NCBI GenBank assembly: GCA_039803745.1
Contig: JBDRZD010000026.1
Span: forward strand, 1 to 26,462
Length of the DNA: 26,462 nt
Direction of reading: 5' to 3'
DNA from: a candidate division WOR-3 bacterium
GTDB taxonomy: Bacteria; Hydrothermota; Hydrothermia; Hydrothermales; Hydrothermaceae
A program made the translations under genes and the position numbers. This document shows positions 17,504 to 26,462 of this stretch, in pieces; the stretch's first letter is position 1, and each line of letters opens with the position of its first letter. The notes under the pieces were generated by a model. That model did no database searches. It was not told where the DNA came from and was given only the letters and a program-made list of their open reading frames with translations.

Positions 17504-17853
17504 TTAAAAATTATATAATCCTTTATTTTTTCAAGCTTTTTCTTTCCTATTCCTTTAACTTTTAAAAGGTCATCGTAATTTTTAAACTTTTCCCTTTCTC
17601 TTAAATTTATTATAATCCTTGCAGTTTTTTCACCTATTCCAGGAATTAAAATTAATGATTCAAGAGGAGCAGAATTTATATTTATTTTAAAATTATCCTC
17701 TTCATAAAAATAATTTGAACTTTCTTCTCTATTTTCATTTTTTAAACCTTTATAAATGTTTCCTGTAAATATCATAAAAAAGAAAAGTAATAAAATAAAT
17801 CTTTCAAAGGGCAATAATGCAAAACTATATTTTATTTTTTCAAAAAGTTCCAT
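17500..17853 (-). CDS. ComEA-like helix-hairpin-helix DNA-binding protein
   Basis: N-terminal TM helix; ININSA...L..IPGIG...A..II..R; DLLKVKGIG.K. Confidence 0.88.
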   Translation of the reverse strand: MELFEKIKYSFALLPFERFILLLFFFMIFTGNIYKGLKNENREESSNYFYEEDNFKININSAPLESLILIPGIGEKTARIIINLREREKFKNYDDLLKVKGIGKKKLEKIKDYIIFK

Positions 17854-18610
17854 CTTTTAAAAGTTCCCTTGTTATTTCAAGATAAATTTTAAAAAAATCA
17901 GGAAAATTTTCATAGAGATATTTTTCATGTTTAAAAAGCGTATGATAATCTTTTCTCTTTGCAGGTCCTGTTAATGCCTTATAAACTCCTTCTTTTTTTA
18001 TATTTTCAAAAGTTGTTTTTATAAGGGGGAAAAGGATTTCAAGAGGAAGATGGGTATTTTTTAAAATTTCTTCAGATTTTCTTAATAAAAAAACAAAAAA
18101 ATTTGATGAAATTGTTGAAGCAAGATGGATTAAAAATTTTTTTTCCTCTGTAACTTTCAAAATTTTTACATCATTGTTAAAAATTTTTTTTAAAACCGTG
18201 TAAATCTCCTCATCACCTACAAAACTTGCATATATATCTTTAAAATAAGAAGGAGAAGGAAATGAAAAAGTCTGGATAGGATGAAATGAGCCTAAAAAAA
18301 ATCCTTTTTCTTTTAATGGATTTAAAACAGAAAGGGGTAAAGTGCCAGAAAGATGAACTGCCATTTTTTTACCTTCAATCTTTACCTTTTTAGCAAATTT
18401 TTCAATCTCATCATCCTTTATACATATAAATATCAAATCTGAATTTTCAAAAACTGAATCAGGTGAATCTTCAGGTTCCCCTATTATACTTTTATATTCT
18501 TCTCTTTTCTTTTCGCTTTTTGTCCACCATAAAAATTTAAGATTTTTTTCTTTTAAATATAAAGAAAGGGAAAAACCAACATTTCCAATTCCTATAATTC
18601 CAAATTTCAT
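17840..18610 (-). CDS. Rossmann-like plus DUF2520 oxidoreductase (PanG-like ketopantoate reductase family)
   Basis: GIGNVG, HLSG, SFHPIQTF, H.A....SNF, ALTGPA.R.D. Confidence 0.85.
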   Translation of the reverse strand: MKFGIIGIGNVGFSLSLYLKEKNLKFLWWTKSEKKREEYKSIIGEPEDSPDSVFENSDLIFICIKDDEIEKFAKKVKIEGKKMAVHLSGTLPLSVLNPLKEKGFFLGSFHPIQTFSFPSPSYFKDIYASFVGDEEIYTVLKKIFNNDVKILKVTEEKKFLIHLASTISSNFFVFLLRKSEEILKNTHLPLEILFPLIKTTFENIKKEGVYKALTGPAKRKDYHTLFKHEKYLYENFPDFFKIYLEITRELLKDGTF

Positions 18611-18615
18611 TAAAG

Positions 18616-19323
18616 TTATTCTATTTCTTCTCCTGGATTTAAAACTATTATTTCTGTTTTAACATCATAATCTTTTACTTTTTTAATAAATTCTTCTGGA
18701 GTTCCTGTTAAAGGTGGAAAGGTTCCAAAATGCATTGGAATCGCATATTTTGGCTTTAAAATGTTTATTGCAAATGCTGCCTCTTCTGGACCCATTGTGA
18801 ATAAACTTCCAATTGGAATTAAGACAAGGTCTGGCTTATAGATTTTTTCAATGTATTCAAGTCCACCAAAAAGACCCGTATCACCCATATGGTATATTTT
18901 AAATCCATTTTCAAAGGATATTATAAAACCACAGGGTTCTCCTCCTGAAAACATTCTTCCACCTTCTTCTATTCCTGATGAATGGGTTGCATCAGTCATA
19001 ATTATTTTAATATTATCAAAATAAAATGTCCCTCCCTTATTCATCCCTTGAACATTTTTAACACCCTTTGAACTTAAATAAAAAGAGATTTCATAAATTG
19101 CAAGGACAAGCGAGTTTGCCTTATTTGCAATCTCTATTGCATCACCAAGATGATCACCATGCCCATGAGTTATTAAGATTAAATCAACTTTATCAAAATC
19201 TTTACCAGGAGATTTTGGATTTGAAAGCCATGGGTCAACAAATATTATTTTACCTTTTGGTGATATAAGTCTAAAAGCAGAATGTCCATAATATTTAATT
19301 TTAACTCCATCAAACCTTTTCAT
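18616..19323 (-). CDS. Metallo-beta-lactamase-fold metal-dependent hydrolase (UPF0173)
   Basis: GHSAF, DPW, THGHGDH, ATHSS, YHMGDT, IPMHFGTF; AGGAGG RBS at 19328-19333. Confidence 0.92.
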   Translation of the reverse strand: MKRFDGVKIKYYGHSAFRLISPKGKIIFVDPWLSNPKSPGKDFDKVDLILITHGHGDHLGDAIEIANKANSLVLAIYEISFYLSSKGVKNVQGMNKGGTFYFDNIKIIMTDATHSSGIEEGGRMFSGGEPCGFIISFENGFKIYHMGDTGLFGGLEYIEKIYKPDLVLIPIGSLFTMGPEEAAFAINILKPKYAIPMHFGTFPPLTGTPEEFIKKVKDYDVKTEIIVLNPGEEIE

Positions 19324-19347
19324 GATTCCTCCTTTTAAATTTTTAAT

Positions 19348-19377
19348 ATTATAAAGAGAATTTATTTTATAAGTAAA
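19348..19377 (-). promoter_or_regulatory. Possible sigma70-type promoter for the 19323 operon
   Basis: TATAAT at 19353-19348 with TTTACT at 19377-19372 (18-nt spacer). The AT-rich background weakens this call. Confidence 0.35.
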
Positions 19378-21641
19378 ACACCTATACCTTTTTGAATACC
19401 TTCTAATCTTATAAAATACTTACCCGATGATTTAATTTTTAATGTTATTCTTTTTGAGTTATTTAAACTTAATCTTTCTACTTCTTTTCCTGTTATATCA
19501 TAAATTTTCAAATAACCTGAATAAGGTAAAGAAAATTTTAACTCAATATTATCTTTAAAAACAGAACTCTTTAAAAACAGAGGAGAAATTTTATTTGCCA
19601 TTTCATAGATTTGTGTAAAATAAAACTTTTTAAAATAGATATCAAAATTGCCACTTCTTGAATCTTCAAATACAGTATACATGTAATTGTCTTTTACTGC
19701 AATTCTTGGGAAAAGGGAAAAGTTTTGATAAGATGATATTTGAAAGAAAGGAGACCAGGTATTTCCTGTATCATTAGAAAAAACTCCTCCTATACACCAT
19801 TTATCTTCATAACTATTATAATTTGCCCATATACATAATAGAATTCCATCTCCTAAATATTTTATACTTGGATAAATTCCGCTAAATGGATAACTTATTA
19901 AATTTACAGGTTCTGTCCAAGTATTTCCATAATCATTACTTTTTCTATAAAATATTTGCCAGAGATTGCCAGGCATAGAAGCATCAAGGTTTGAATAGAC
20001 AAGATGAAGATTTCCATAAGGATCACTTTCTATTGAGGGGAAATATGAATAAATATTTTCATTATTATTTGTAATTTTTTTATAATTATTCCCACAGGGC
20101 TCTTTATCAATCCATATATTCCAAAAAGAATGCTCCCAATGATTTGCAACCATTTCCTGCCATACACAGTATAAGCTTCCATTTATATAAGTAATGCTTG
20201 GAGAATAGGAATATTTATATATATCCATTCCAACAAGTTCTGGTGGTAAAAATGTGTTTCCTGTATCAATACTTAAATTTCTCACAATTCTTGGATTAAA
20301 CTGCCCATAATAATCCATTGATACACAATTTATTTTATTTTCAAAAATTTTAATTGCAGGGCGATGGGTAATTTCACCGGCATTTAAAATAAAAACTTCA
20401 TTACTCCAAGTATTCCCTCCGTCTCTCGATTTTTTACCTTTAATCTTCCATACATATGTTTTTTCATTTGTATAAATTGTATCACAGATTTCTGATGCAA
20501 CAACATATATTAAACTATCTCCATAACCAGAAATTGAAGGATAAAGATATTCCTTATCTAAATTACCTTGAAAAAGAACAATAGGCTCTGTAAAGGAATT
20601 GCCAAAATCTTGAGATTTAGTATAATAAATTTGATAAAATCCGTCTGTATTATCAGAAAATACAACATGGATACCTGCCTCATTTACAAAAATATCAGGG
20701 AAAGAAGATCTTCCCGATGAATTACTTATGTTCATTTCATCTTGATAAAAAATTGGTAAGTTCTCCTTTTCTTTAAATCCCTCTATCATTTCACTCATTA
20801 CCTCTCCATAAAAATTTGGAATATCAAGACCCATTAAATAAGCAATTGTTGGAGCAATATCAACATAATCCCTTCTTAAATCCACAGCTGTATCAACTTT
20901 TATATCAGGACCTATTGCGAGAAAAGGAATATGCCTGCATCCATGACAAAAATCCCCGTGCCCTTGATAGGAATAATCATGTCTTCCATGGTCAGTTGTT
21001 ATTATAAATAATGTGCTATCCTTATAAAATGGGTCATCTTGAATTTTTTTATACACTTCAAAACATAATGAGTCAGCCTGCTTTATTGCATTTATATAAC
21101 CATTCCATCCTCCATGATGACCCATTTCATCAATTTCTGGAAAAACCGCATATATAAACCTTGGATGGTCTCTATCCATTATATTTACAAGTGAATCATA
21201 GACTTCAATATCATCCTGACTTGATTGAGTTAAAACAATTTTTGGAGAATAAGATTCTCCAAAACCGGGTAAAAGGCTGATTGGATATTTCCATATTGTA
21301 TTTTTACCAGAAATATAATAAACTTTATTTTGAGGTAAATTTAAATATTTAATCAGATATTCACCAATTCCTGGGAAAAATTGTTTTTGAATTTGAGGTG
21401 TGTAAATGTTTAAAAGTAAAATTTCATGGGATGAATTTATTATTACTGAATGGGATGCGGTTGTATATGTAATACCGGTTACATAAAAATTTGTATAAAT
21501 TGTTCCTTTTGGTCTTAAAGAATCCCATATAAATTTTGTATATAAATTCTGTGCTTCAAAGCATTCATTATTCCTTATTCCATCAATGTTTAAGACTATG
21601 CAATTTTTAGCAAGAAAAATTAAGAGAAATATTAAGTTCAC
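19362..21641 (-). CDS. Secreted alkaline-phosphatase-superfamily domain, Asp-box (BNR) beta-propeller and T9SS type A CTD-like tail
   Basis: GTG start with GGAGG RBS. AlkP motifs IDGIR, TYTTASH, EIDEMGH and TTDHG. Five SxDxGxT/SW/F boxes. Tail LKIYDITGKEV...SSGKYFIRL. Confidence 0.83.
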   Translation of the reverse strand: MNLIFLLIFLAKNCIVLNIDGIRNNECFEAQNLYTKFIWDSLRPKGTIYTNFYVTGITYTTASHSVIINSSHEILLLNIYTPQIQKQFFPGIGEYLIKYLNLPQNKVYYISGKNTIWKYPISLLPGFGESYSPKIVLTQSSQDDIEVYDSLVNIMDRDHPRFIYAVFPEIDEMGHHGGWNGYINAIKQADSLCFEVYKKIQDDPFYKDSTLFIITTDHGRHDYSYQGHGDFCHGCRHIPFLAIGPDIKVDTAVDLRRDYVDIAPTIAYLMGLDIPNFYGEVMSEMIEGFKEKENLPIFYQDEMNISNSSGRSSFPDIFVNEAGIHVVFSDNTDGFYQIYYTKSQDFGNSFTEPIVLFQGNLDKEYLYPSISGYGDSLIYVVASEICDTIYTNEKTYVWKIKGKKSRDGGNTWSNEVFILNAGEITHRPAIKIFENKINCVSMDYYGQFNPRIVRNLSIDTGNTFLPPELVGMDIYKYSYSPSITYINGSLYCVWQEMVANHWEHSFWNIWIDKEPCGNNYKKITNNNENIYSYFPSIESDPYGNLHLVYSNLDASMPGNLWQIFYRKSNDYGNTWTEPVNLISYPFSGIYPSIKYLGDGILLCIWANYNSYEDKWCIGGVFSNDTGNTWSPFFQISSYQNFSLFPRIAVKDNYMYTVFEDSRSGNFDIYFKKFYFTQIYEMANKISPLFLKSSVFKDNIELKFSLPYSGYLKIYDITGKEVERLSLNNSKRITLKIKSSGKYFIRLEGIQKGIGVLLIK

Positions 21642-21665
21642 TTTTCCTCCTTTTTTGAGTAATTT

Positions 21666-21694
21666 ATTATAAAAAAAAATTTAAATTGAGTCAA
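21666..21694 (-). promoter_or_regulatory. Sigma70-type promoter for the 21641 gene
   Basis: Minus strand TTGACT (21694-21689), N17, TATAAT (21671-21666). Confidence 0.65.
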
Positions 21695-21715
21695 ATAGGG
21701 AATTATCTTTAAAAT
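21686..21715 (+). promoter_or_regulatory. Possible sigma70-type promoter for the glyA operon
   Basis: TTGAGT (21686-21691), N18, TAAAAT (21710-21715); AAGGAG RBS before ATG 21741. Confidence 0.45.
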
Positions 21716-21740
21716 TATAAAAATTAAAAAGGAGTTTAAA

Positions 21741-22979
21741 ATGCAAAAATTTAAAATTTTTGATGAAGAAATATATTCATTAATAGAGGAAGAATTAAAA
21801 AGGCAAAGGGAAAATATAATCCTTATAGCATCTGAAAATCATGCACCTCTTAAAGTTCTTTATCCAATGGGAACATGGCTTTCAAATAAATATGCAGAAG
21901 GGTATCCTTATAAAAGATATTATGGTGGATGCGAGGTTATGGATAAAATAGAAGAGATTGCCATAGAAAGATTAAAAAAACTATTTAATGCAGAGCATGC
22001 AAATGTTCAACCCCATTCAGGAACACAGGCAAACTTAGCAGTATATCTTGCCCTTTTAAATACAGGTGATACAATTTTATCAATGGAACTATCCCATGGG
22101 GGACATCTTTCTCATGGTCATCCTGTTAATGCTTCAGGAATTTATTATAACATAGTAAGATATGGAGTAAATAAAGAGACTGAAACAATTGATTTTGACC
22201 AGGTTAGGGATTTGGCAAAAAAACATAGACCTAAAATAATTGTTTGCGGTTATTCAGCATATCCAAGGATAATAGATTTCAAAAAATTCAGGGAAATATG
22301 TGATGAAGTTGGTGCATATTTAATGGCTGATATTGCCCATATAACAGGACTTGTTGCAACAGGAGTTCATCCAAATCCATTCCCCTATGCAGATGTTGTA
22401 ACAGGAACAACCCATAAAACATTAAGGGGACCAAGAGGAGGATTTATACTTTGTAAAAAAGATTTTGCAAAAAAAATTGATAAGGCAGTTTTTCCCGGAA
22501 CACAGGGTGGTCCTTTAATGCATGTTATTGCTTCAAAGGCAATATGTTTTAAAGAAGCAATGAAAGAAGAATTTAAGATATACTGTGAGCAAGTTATTAA
22601 AAACAGCAAGAAACTTGCAGAAACCCTAAAAGAAAAAGGGGCAAGAATTGTTTCAGGAGGCACAGATACCCACCTTTCACTTATTGATTTAAGACCTTTA
22701 AATATAACAGGTAAGGAAGCAGAGGATTTACTTGGAATGGCAGGAATAGTTGTCAATAAAAATACAATCCCCTTTGATGATAAACCACCAGCAATTACAA
22801 GTGGAATAAGAATTGGTTCTCCCTGTGTAACAACAAGGGGAATGAAAGAAAAGGAGATGGAGATAATTGCTAATTTTATATATGAAGTTATAACAAAAAA
22901 AGATGAAGAAACAATTAAAAGGATAAGAAAGGAAGTTTATGAGTTTTTAAAGAATTTCCCCCTTTATGAAGAAACTTAA
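21741..22979 (+). CDS. glyA: Serine hydroxymethyltransferase
   Basis: [45 protein letters not shown] (PLP Lys). Confidence 0.98.
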   Translation: MQKFKIFDEEIYSLIEEELKRQRENIILIASENHAPLKVLYPMGTWLSNKYAEGYPYKRYYGGCEVMDKIEEIAIERLKKLFNAEHANVQPHSGTQANLAVYLALLNTGDTILSMELSHGGHLSHGHPVNASGIYYNIVRYGVNKETETIDFDQVRDLAKKHRPKIIVCGYSAYPRIIDFKKFREICDEVGAYLMADIAHITGLVATGVHPNPFPYADVVTGTTHKTLRGPRGGFILCKKDFAKKIDKAVFPGTQGGPLMHVIASKAICFKEAMKEEFKIYCEQVIKNSKKLAETLKEKGARIVSGGTDTHLSLIDLRPLNITGKEAEDLLGMAGIVVNKNTIPFDDKPPAITSGIRIGSPCVTTRGMKEKEMEIIANFIYEVITKKDEETIKRIRKEVYEFLKNFPLYEET

Positions 22980-23442
22980 TATCCTTTTTATTTTTTTTAT
23001 TTCCTGCATTTATTCCTTTCATGGTTTTTTCCCAAAGGAATTTAAAAAAGTTGGTATTGAAACATTTGAAAATGAAAGTATAAAATATGGAATTGAAATA
23101 AGTGTAACACAAAATTTTATAAAGGGATTTGAAGAAGACAGAAGACTTGAAGTTGTTGAGCCTCGTAATGCAAATCTTTTAATAAAGGGAAAAATAAAGG
23201 AATTTATAAAAAATCCCCACTCCTTTGATGAAAAAGGGGGAGTTTCAGAGTATAAGATAATAATCAGTGCTGAAATTGAATTTATAAATAAAATAAAGAA
23301 TGAAGAATTTTTGCCAAAAAGAAATTTTTCAGGATGGGGAATATATAAGGTCCCATTAGAAGATGAGGAAATTGGAATTGAAAGAGCATCCCAGGATTTA
23401 GCAAAAAAGGTTATAACATTTTTATTTTCATCATCATGGTAA
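22966..23442 (+). CDS. LptE-like (LPS assembly) lipoprotein
   Basis: Lipobox ISC followed by IYSFHG, FENES, A.L.I.G.I and a C-terminal helix ending in W. Recognised by pattern only. Confidence 0.7.
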   Translation: MKKLNILFIFFISCIYSFHGFFPKEFKKVGIETFENESIKYGIEISVTQNFIKGFEEDRRLEVVEPRNANLLIKGKIKEFIKNPHSFDEKGGVSEYKIIISAEIEFINKIKNEEFLPKRNFSGWGIYKVPLEDEEIGIERASQDLAKKVITFLFSSSW

Positions 23443-24767
23443 AAAAAACTTATGAAGTTGAAATAAAAAAATTAACAGAAAAGGGAATTGGGATCGGTTT
23501 TAAAGGAGATAAAAAAATTCTTGTTCCATTTTCCCTTCCGGGTGAAAGGTTAATTGCTGAGGTAGTAGAGGAAAAAAAAGATATTGCTTTTGGAAGAATA
23601 AAAAAATTTCTGAGAGTCCATGAAAAAAGAAAGGAGCCACCATGTCCTTATTTTGGAGAATGTGGATCCTGCCACATTCAAATGGCATCCTATAAATTAC
23701 AACTTGAATTAAAAGAAGAAATATTAAGAGATATTTTAAAAGAAATAGGAAGTTTTGAGAATTTACCAATTGAAAAAATAGAACCTTCTTCTTCAGAACT
23801 ATTTTATAGAGTAAAAGCACAATTGCCTTTAAAAAGGATAAAGGGTAAAATTTACATGGGATTTTATAAACCTAATTCCCATTATATAGTTGATATAGAT
23901 GAATGCATAATACATAAAAAGAAAATAAGCGATTTAATCAAAAAGATTAAGGAAATTCTACAGGAAGAAAGGATAAGTGTATACGATGAAAATAAAAAAA
24001 TGGGAAGATTGAAATACTGTGTGATAAGGTCTGATTTAGAAGAAAAAAATTTACTTATAATTTTTGTAACATATTTAAAGGGATTTTCAAAATTACTTGC
24101 AAAAAAGATATACGAAATTGATAAAGAAAATATAAAAGGAATAGTTGAAAATTATAATCCAGCAGAGGGAAATAAAATATTTGGGGAAGAAACAAAATCC
24201 CTTATAGGGGATGACCATCTTTTCCAGAAAATAGACAAAAATATTTTTAGAGTTTCAGCAACTTCATTTTTTCAATTAAATCCTGAAACAGCAAAAAAAA
24301 TGCTTGATTTTATAATTTCAAAAATGGATAGATATGATATTGGAATTGATGCCTTCTCTGGTGTTGGCTTTTTTTCAATACCACTTTCCGAGAAATTTAA
24401 AAAGTTAATATCAATTGAAATTGATAAATCTTCATATAAAGACCTTTTAAGAAACATAAAGATAAACGATAGTTTAAATGTTGAAGCGATAAATGCAGAT
24501 GCAGGTAAATATTTAAAAGAAATTGATAAAGCAAATTTAATTATCTTTGACCCACCAAGGAAAGGACTTGATGAAGAAATATTTAAAAATATCAAAAGGA
24601 TTTTGCCTGAAAAAATAATTTATGTTTCCTGCAATCCAAAAAGTTTTGTAAGGGATTTGAAAATATTTTATGAGGAAATTGGATATGATATAGAGATTTT
24701 AAAACCCTTTGATTTTTTCCCACAAACCTATCATATTGAAATATGTGCATTCCTTAAAAAAAGATGA
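23436..24767 (+). CDS. rlmD: 23S rRNA m5U1939 methyltransferase (TrmA/RumA family)
   Basis: TRAM N-terminus, CPYFGECGSC Fe-S motif, SFFQLN, DAFSGVG, DPPRKG, YVSCNP, DFFPQTYHIE. Confidence 0.92.
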   Translation: MVKKTYEVEIKKLTEKGIGIGFKGDKKILVPFSLPGERLIAEVVEEKKDIAFGRIKKFLRVHEKRKEPPCPYFGECGSCHIQMASYKLQLELKEEILRDILKEIGSFENLPIEKIEPSSSELFYRVKAQLPLKRIKGKIYMGFYKPNSHYIVDIDECIIHKKKISDLIKKIKEILQEERISVYDENKKMGRLKYCVIRSDLEEKNLLIIFVTYLKGFSKLLAKKIYEIDKENIKGIVENYNPAEGNKIFGEETKSLIGDDHLFQKIDKNIFRVSATSFFQLNPETAKKMLDFIISKMDRYDIGIDAFSGVGFFSIPLSEKFKKLISIEIDKSSYKDLLRNIKINDSLNVEAINADAGKYLKEIDKANLIIFDPPRKGLDEEIFKNIKRILPEKIIYVSCNPKSFVRDLKIFYEEIGYDIEILKPFDFFPQTYHIEICAFLKKR

Positions 24768-26386
24768 AATGGATAATAAAAGAAGTGCGAAGGGATCTTC
24801 CCCTTTTGGAAAGAATTCTAATTTCAAGGGGTATAAAAGATTTTGAAAGTTTTCTAAATCCAAAAATTTCTCATCTTCATTCACCATTCCTTTTTGAAGA
24901 GATGGAAAAAAGTGTTAAAAAAATATTAGAGGAGATTGAAAAGGGTTCAAAGATTGGCATATTTGGTGATTATGATGCTGATGGATTATGTGCGAGTTCA
25001 TTTTTATATAGAAAACTTAAAGAAATTGGAGCAAAAGTAGTTTTATATATTCCTTCAAGATTAAAGGAAGGTTATGGAATAAGTATTAATGGAATTGAAG
25101 CACTAAGGAAAAGGAATATAAAACTTTTAATTTCTGTTGATTGCGGAATAAGTGCATTTGAAGAAATTGAATATGCTAAAAAATATGGTATAGAAACAAT
25201 AATAACAGATCATCATGAACCACTTAAAAAATTGCCCGATGCTTTTTCAATAATAAATCCAAAAATATCAAAAAATTATCCATTTAAATATCTATCTGGA
25301 GCAGGAGTTGCTTTCAAACTCATTGAAGCAATATATGAAAAATTAAATTTTGAGAAAAACGATTTATACTGGGATCTTGATTTAATAGCAATTGGAACTA
25401 TTGCGGATCAGGTTCCACTTGTTGATGAAAACAGGATATTTTCCTATTTTGGATTAAAGGTGATTGAAAATACAAAGAAGGCAGGAATTAAGGCAATTAA
25501 AAAAATAGGGGGTATAAAAAATAGAGTAAATGAATTTGATGTAAACTTTATAATTGCACCAAGATTAAATGTATCAGGAAGAATGGAACATGCAAAAAAA
25601 TCAGCACAGCTTTTAATAACAAAGGATGGTGATATAGCAATTTCAATTGCAGAAGACCTTGAAGAAAAGAATAAATTAAGGCAAAAAACACAGGATTTTA
25701 TCTATGAAGAAGCAAAAAAATTTTTAAAGGAAGATAGATTTGTAAATGTTATATGGAATAAAGAATTCCATGAAGGGGTAATTGGAATAGTTGCATCAAA
25801 AATTCTTGAAGAAACGGGTAAACCAACATTCATATTTAAGATATCTGATGGGATAGCAAAGGGTTCTGCAAGGAGTATAGAGGAATTTGATTTGATATAT
25901 GCACTTCAAAGATGTGAGGATTTATTCATAGAATATGGAGGACATAAACTTGCTGCAGGAATTAAGATGAATGAAAAAAATTTAAAAATATTTGAAGAAA
26001 GAATTGAGGAAATAGCAAAGGAATTACTTGATAAAGAAAAAATTAAAAAGAAAATACATATTGATACTGTTGCAAGTTTAAAAGAAATAATAGAGGAGGG
26101 TGAAAAAGTTTTAGAAAAACTCGCACCTTTTGGAGAGGGAAATCCACCACCTGTTTTTTTAATTAAAAATTTAAAAGTTTTATCAAAAAATAAAGAAAAA
26201 AAATATATTTATCTTGGAGAGGAAAATTATTTTATAAAAGGCTATATTCAAAATGAAAACAAAGATTTTGAAATAGGTGAGGTAATAGATTTGGTTTGTG
26301 AATTAAAAATAAAGGGGGAAAAATTTTTAAAAATTATTGATTATAATCTTAAAACCCAGATTTCCTTTGAATCTCCCGGAGAATAA
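24764..26386 (+). CDS. recJ: Single-stranded DNA exonuclease RecJ
   Basis: GDYDADG, EGYG, VDCG, TDHH, GTIAD.VPL..ENR, GSARS, GGH..AAG, PFGEGNP.P. Confidence 0.96.
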   Translation: MKWIIKEVRRDLPLLERILISRGIKDFESFLNPKISHLHSPFLFEEMEKSVKKILEEIEKGSKIGIFGDYDADGLCASSFLYRKLKEIGAKVVLYIPSRLKEGYGISINGIEALRKRNIKLLISVDCGISAFEEIEYAKKYGIETIITDHHEPLKKLPDAFSIINPKISKNYPFKYLSGAGVAFKLIEAIYEKLNFEKNDLYWDLDLIAIGTIADQVPLVDENRIFSYFGLKVIENTKKAGIKAIKKIGGIKNRVNEFDVNFIIAPRLNVSGRMEHAKKSAQLLITKDGDIAISIAEDLEEKNKLRQKTQDFIYEEAKKFLKEDRFVNVIWNKEFHEGVIGIVASKILEETGKPTFIFKISDGIAKGSARSIEEFDLIYALQRCEDLFIEYGGHKLAAGIKMNEKNLKIFEERIEEIAKELLDKEKIKKKIHIDTVASLKEIIEEGEKVLEKLAPFGEGNPPPVFLIKNLKVLSKNKEKKYIYLGEENYFIKGYIQNENKDFEIGEVIDLVCELKIKGEKFLKIIDYNLKTQISFESPGE

Positions 26387-26462
26387 AAATCCTTAATTAT
26401 TCCTTCACAATTAAATCCGTATTTTTTATAAAGACTCTTTGCCTTCAAATAGTATTCAGAAG
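26341..26462 (-). CDS. C-terminal end of a GNAT-family N-acetyltransferase (5' part outside the window)
   Basis: Not in the ORF track. Hand translation of 26460..26341 gives SEYYLKAKSLYKKYGFNCEGIIKDFYSPGDSKEIWVLRL*, containing the GNAT A..LY.K.GF motif and DFY.PGD. Overlaps the 3' end of recJ by 46 bp. Confidence 0.75.
   Translation of the reverse strand, partial: SEYYLKAKSLYKKYGFNCEGIIKDFYSPGDSKEIWVLRL

Noticed and set aside
148..21007. Numerous short plus-strand ORFs and off-frame minus-strand ORFs in the track (e.g. 891..1253, 2815..3021, 7250..7624, 10614..11009, 14093..14449)
   Set aside because: They lie antisense to or inside well-supported genes, show no family motifs, and have the composition expected of shadow frames.
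22385..24887. Minus-strand ORFs 22385..22756, 22915..23112, 23500..23820, 24272..24595 and 24699..24887
   Set aside because: Antisense shadows of glyA, the lptE-like gene, rlmD and recJ.
1..26462. CRISPR arrays, tRNA/rRNA, IS elements and intrinsic terminators
   Set aside because: The largest intergenic gap is 99 bp and no such structure was seen by eye. Recurrent atgaca/atggca words are reverse-strand Cys-His codons of the heme motifs.

Overview
Very AT-rich bacterial sequence with Lys/Glu/Ile-rich proteins. LptE-like and T9SS-CTD-like genes point to a diderm, probably a thermophile (FCB-related or WOR-3-like placement is inference only). Positions 1-21641 are one minus-strand gene run. (i) 1-14462 is a large, mostly translationally coupled respiratory cluster with seven multiheme c cytochromes (71 heme-binding motifs by hand count, including a 607+ aa 18-heme ORF at the left edge that the ORF track omits). 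It also encodes two FdnI/HydC-type cytochromes b in split CbcL-like pairs, a CbcS/NrfC/NrfD module, a Rieske protein, a degenerate cytochrome b/b6 that lacks the heme bH ligands and the PEWY motif, and two orphan LivJ-fold lipoproteins. No catalytic terminal subunit is visible. (ii) 14475-16836 is a compact RiPP-like cassette with its own sigma70-type promoter: a Tat-like 62-aa peptide, a PqqD/RRE, an HPr-kinase-like kinase and a nucleotidyltransferase, with no lasso cyclase or protease. It runs directly into the cytochrome genes. (iii) HAD hydrolase, ComEA-like, DUF2520 reductase, MBL hydrolase and a secreted AlkP/Asp-box protein follow. Divergent promoters precede the plus-strand housekeeping run glyA, lptE-like, rlmD, recJ, which overlaps the 3' end of a convergent GNAT gene at the right edge. 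No RNA genes, CRISPR arrays or mobile elements were seen.
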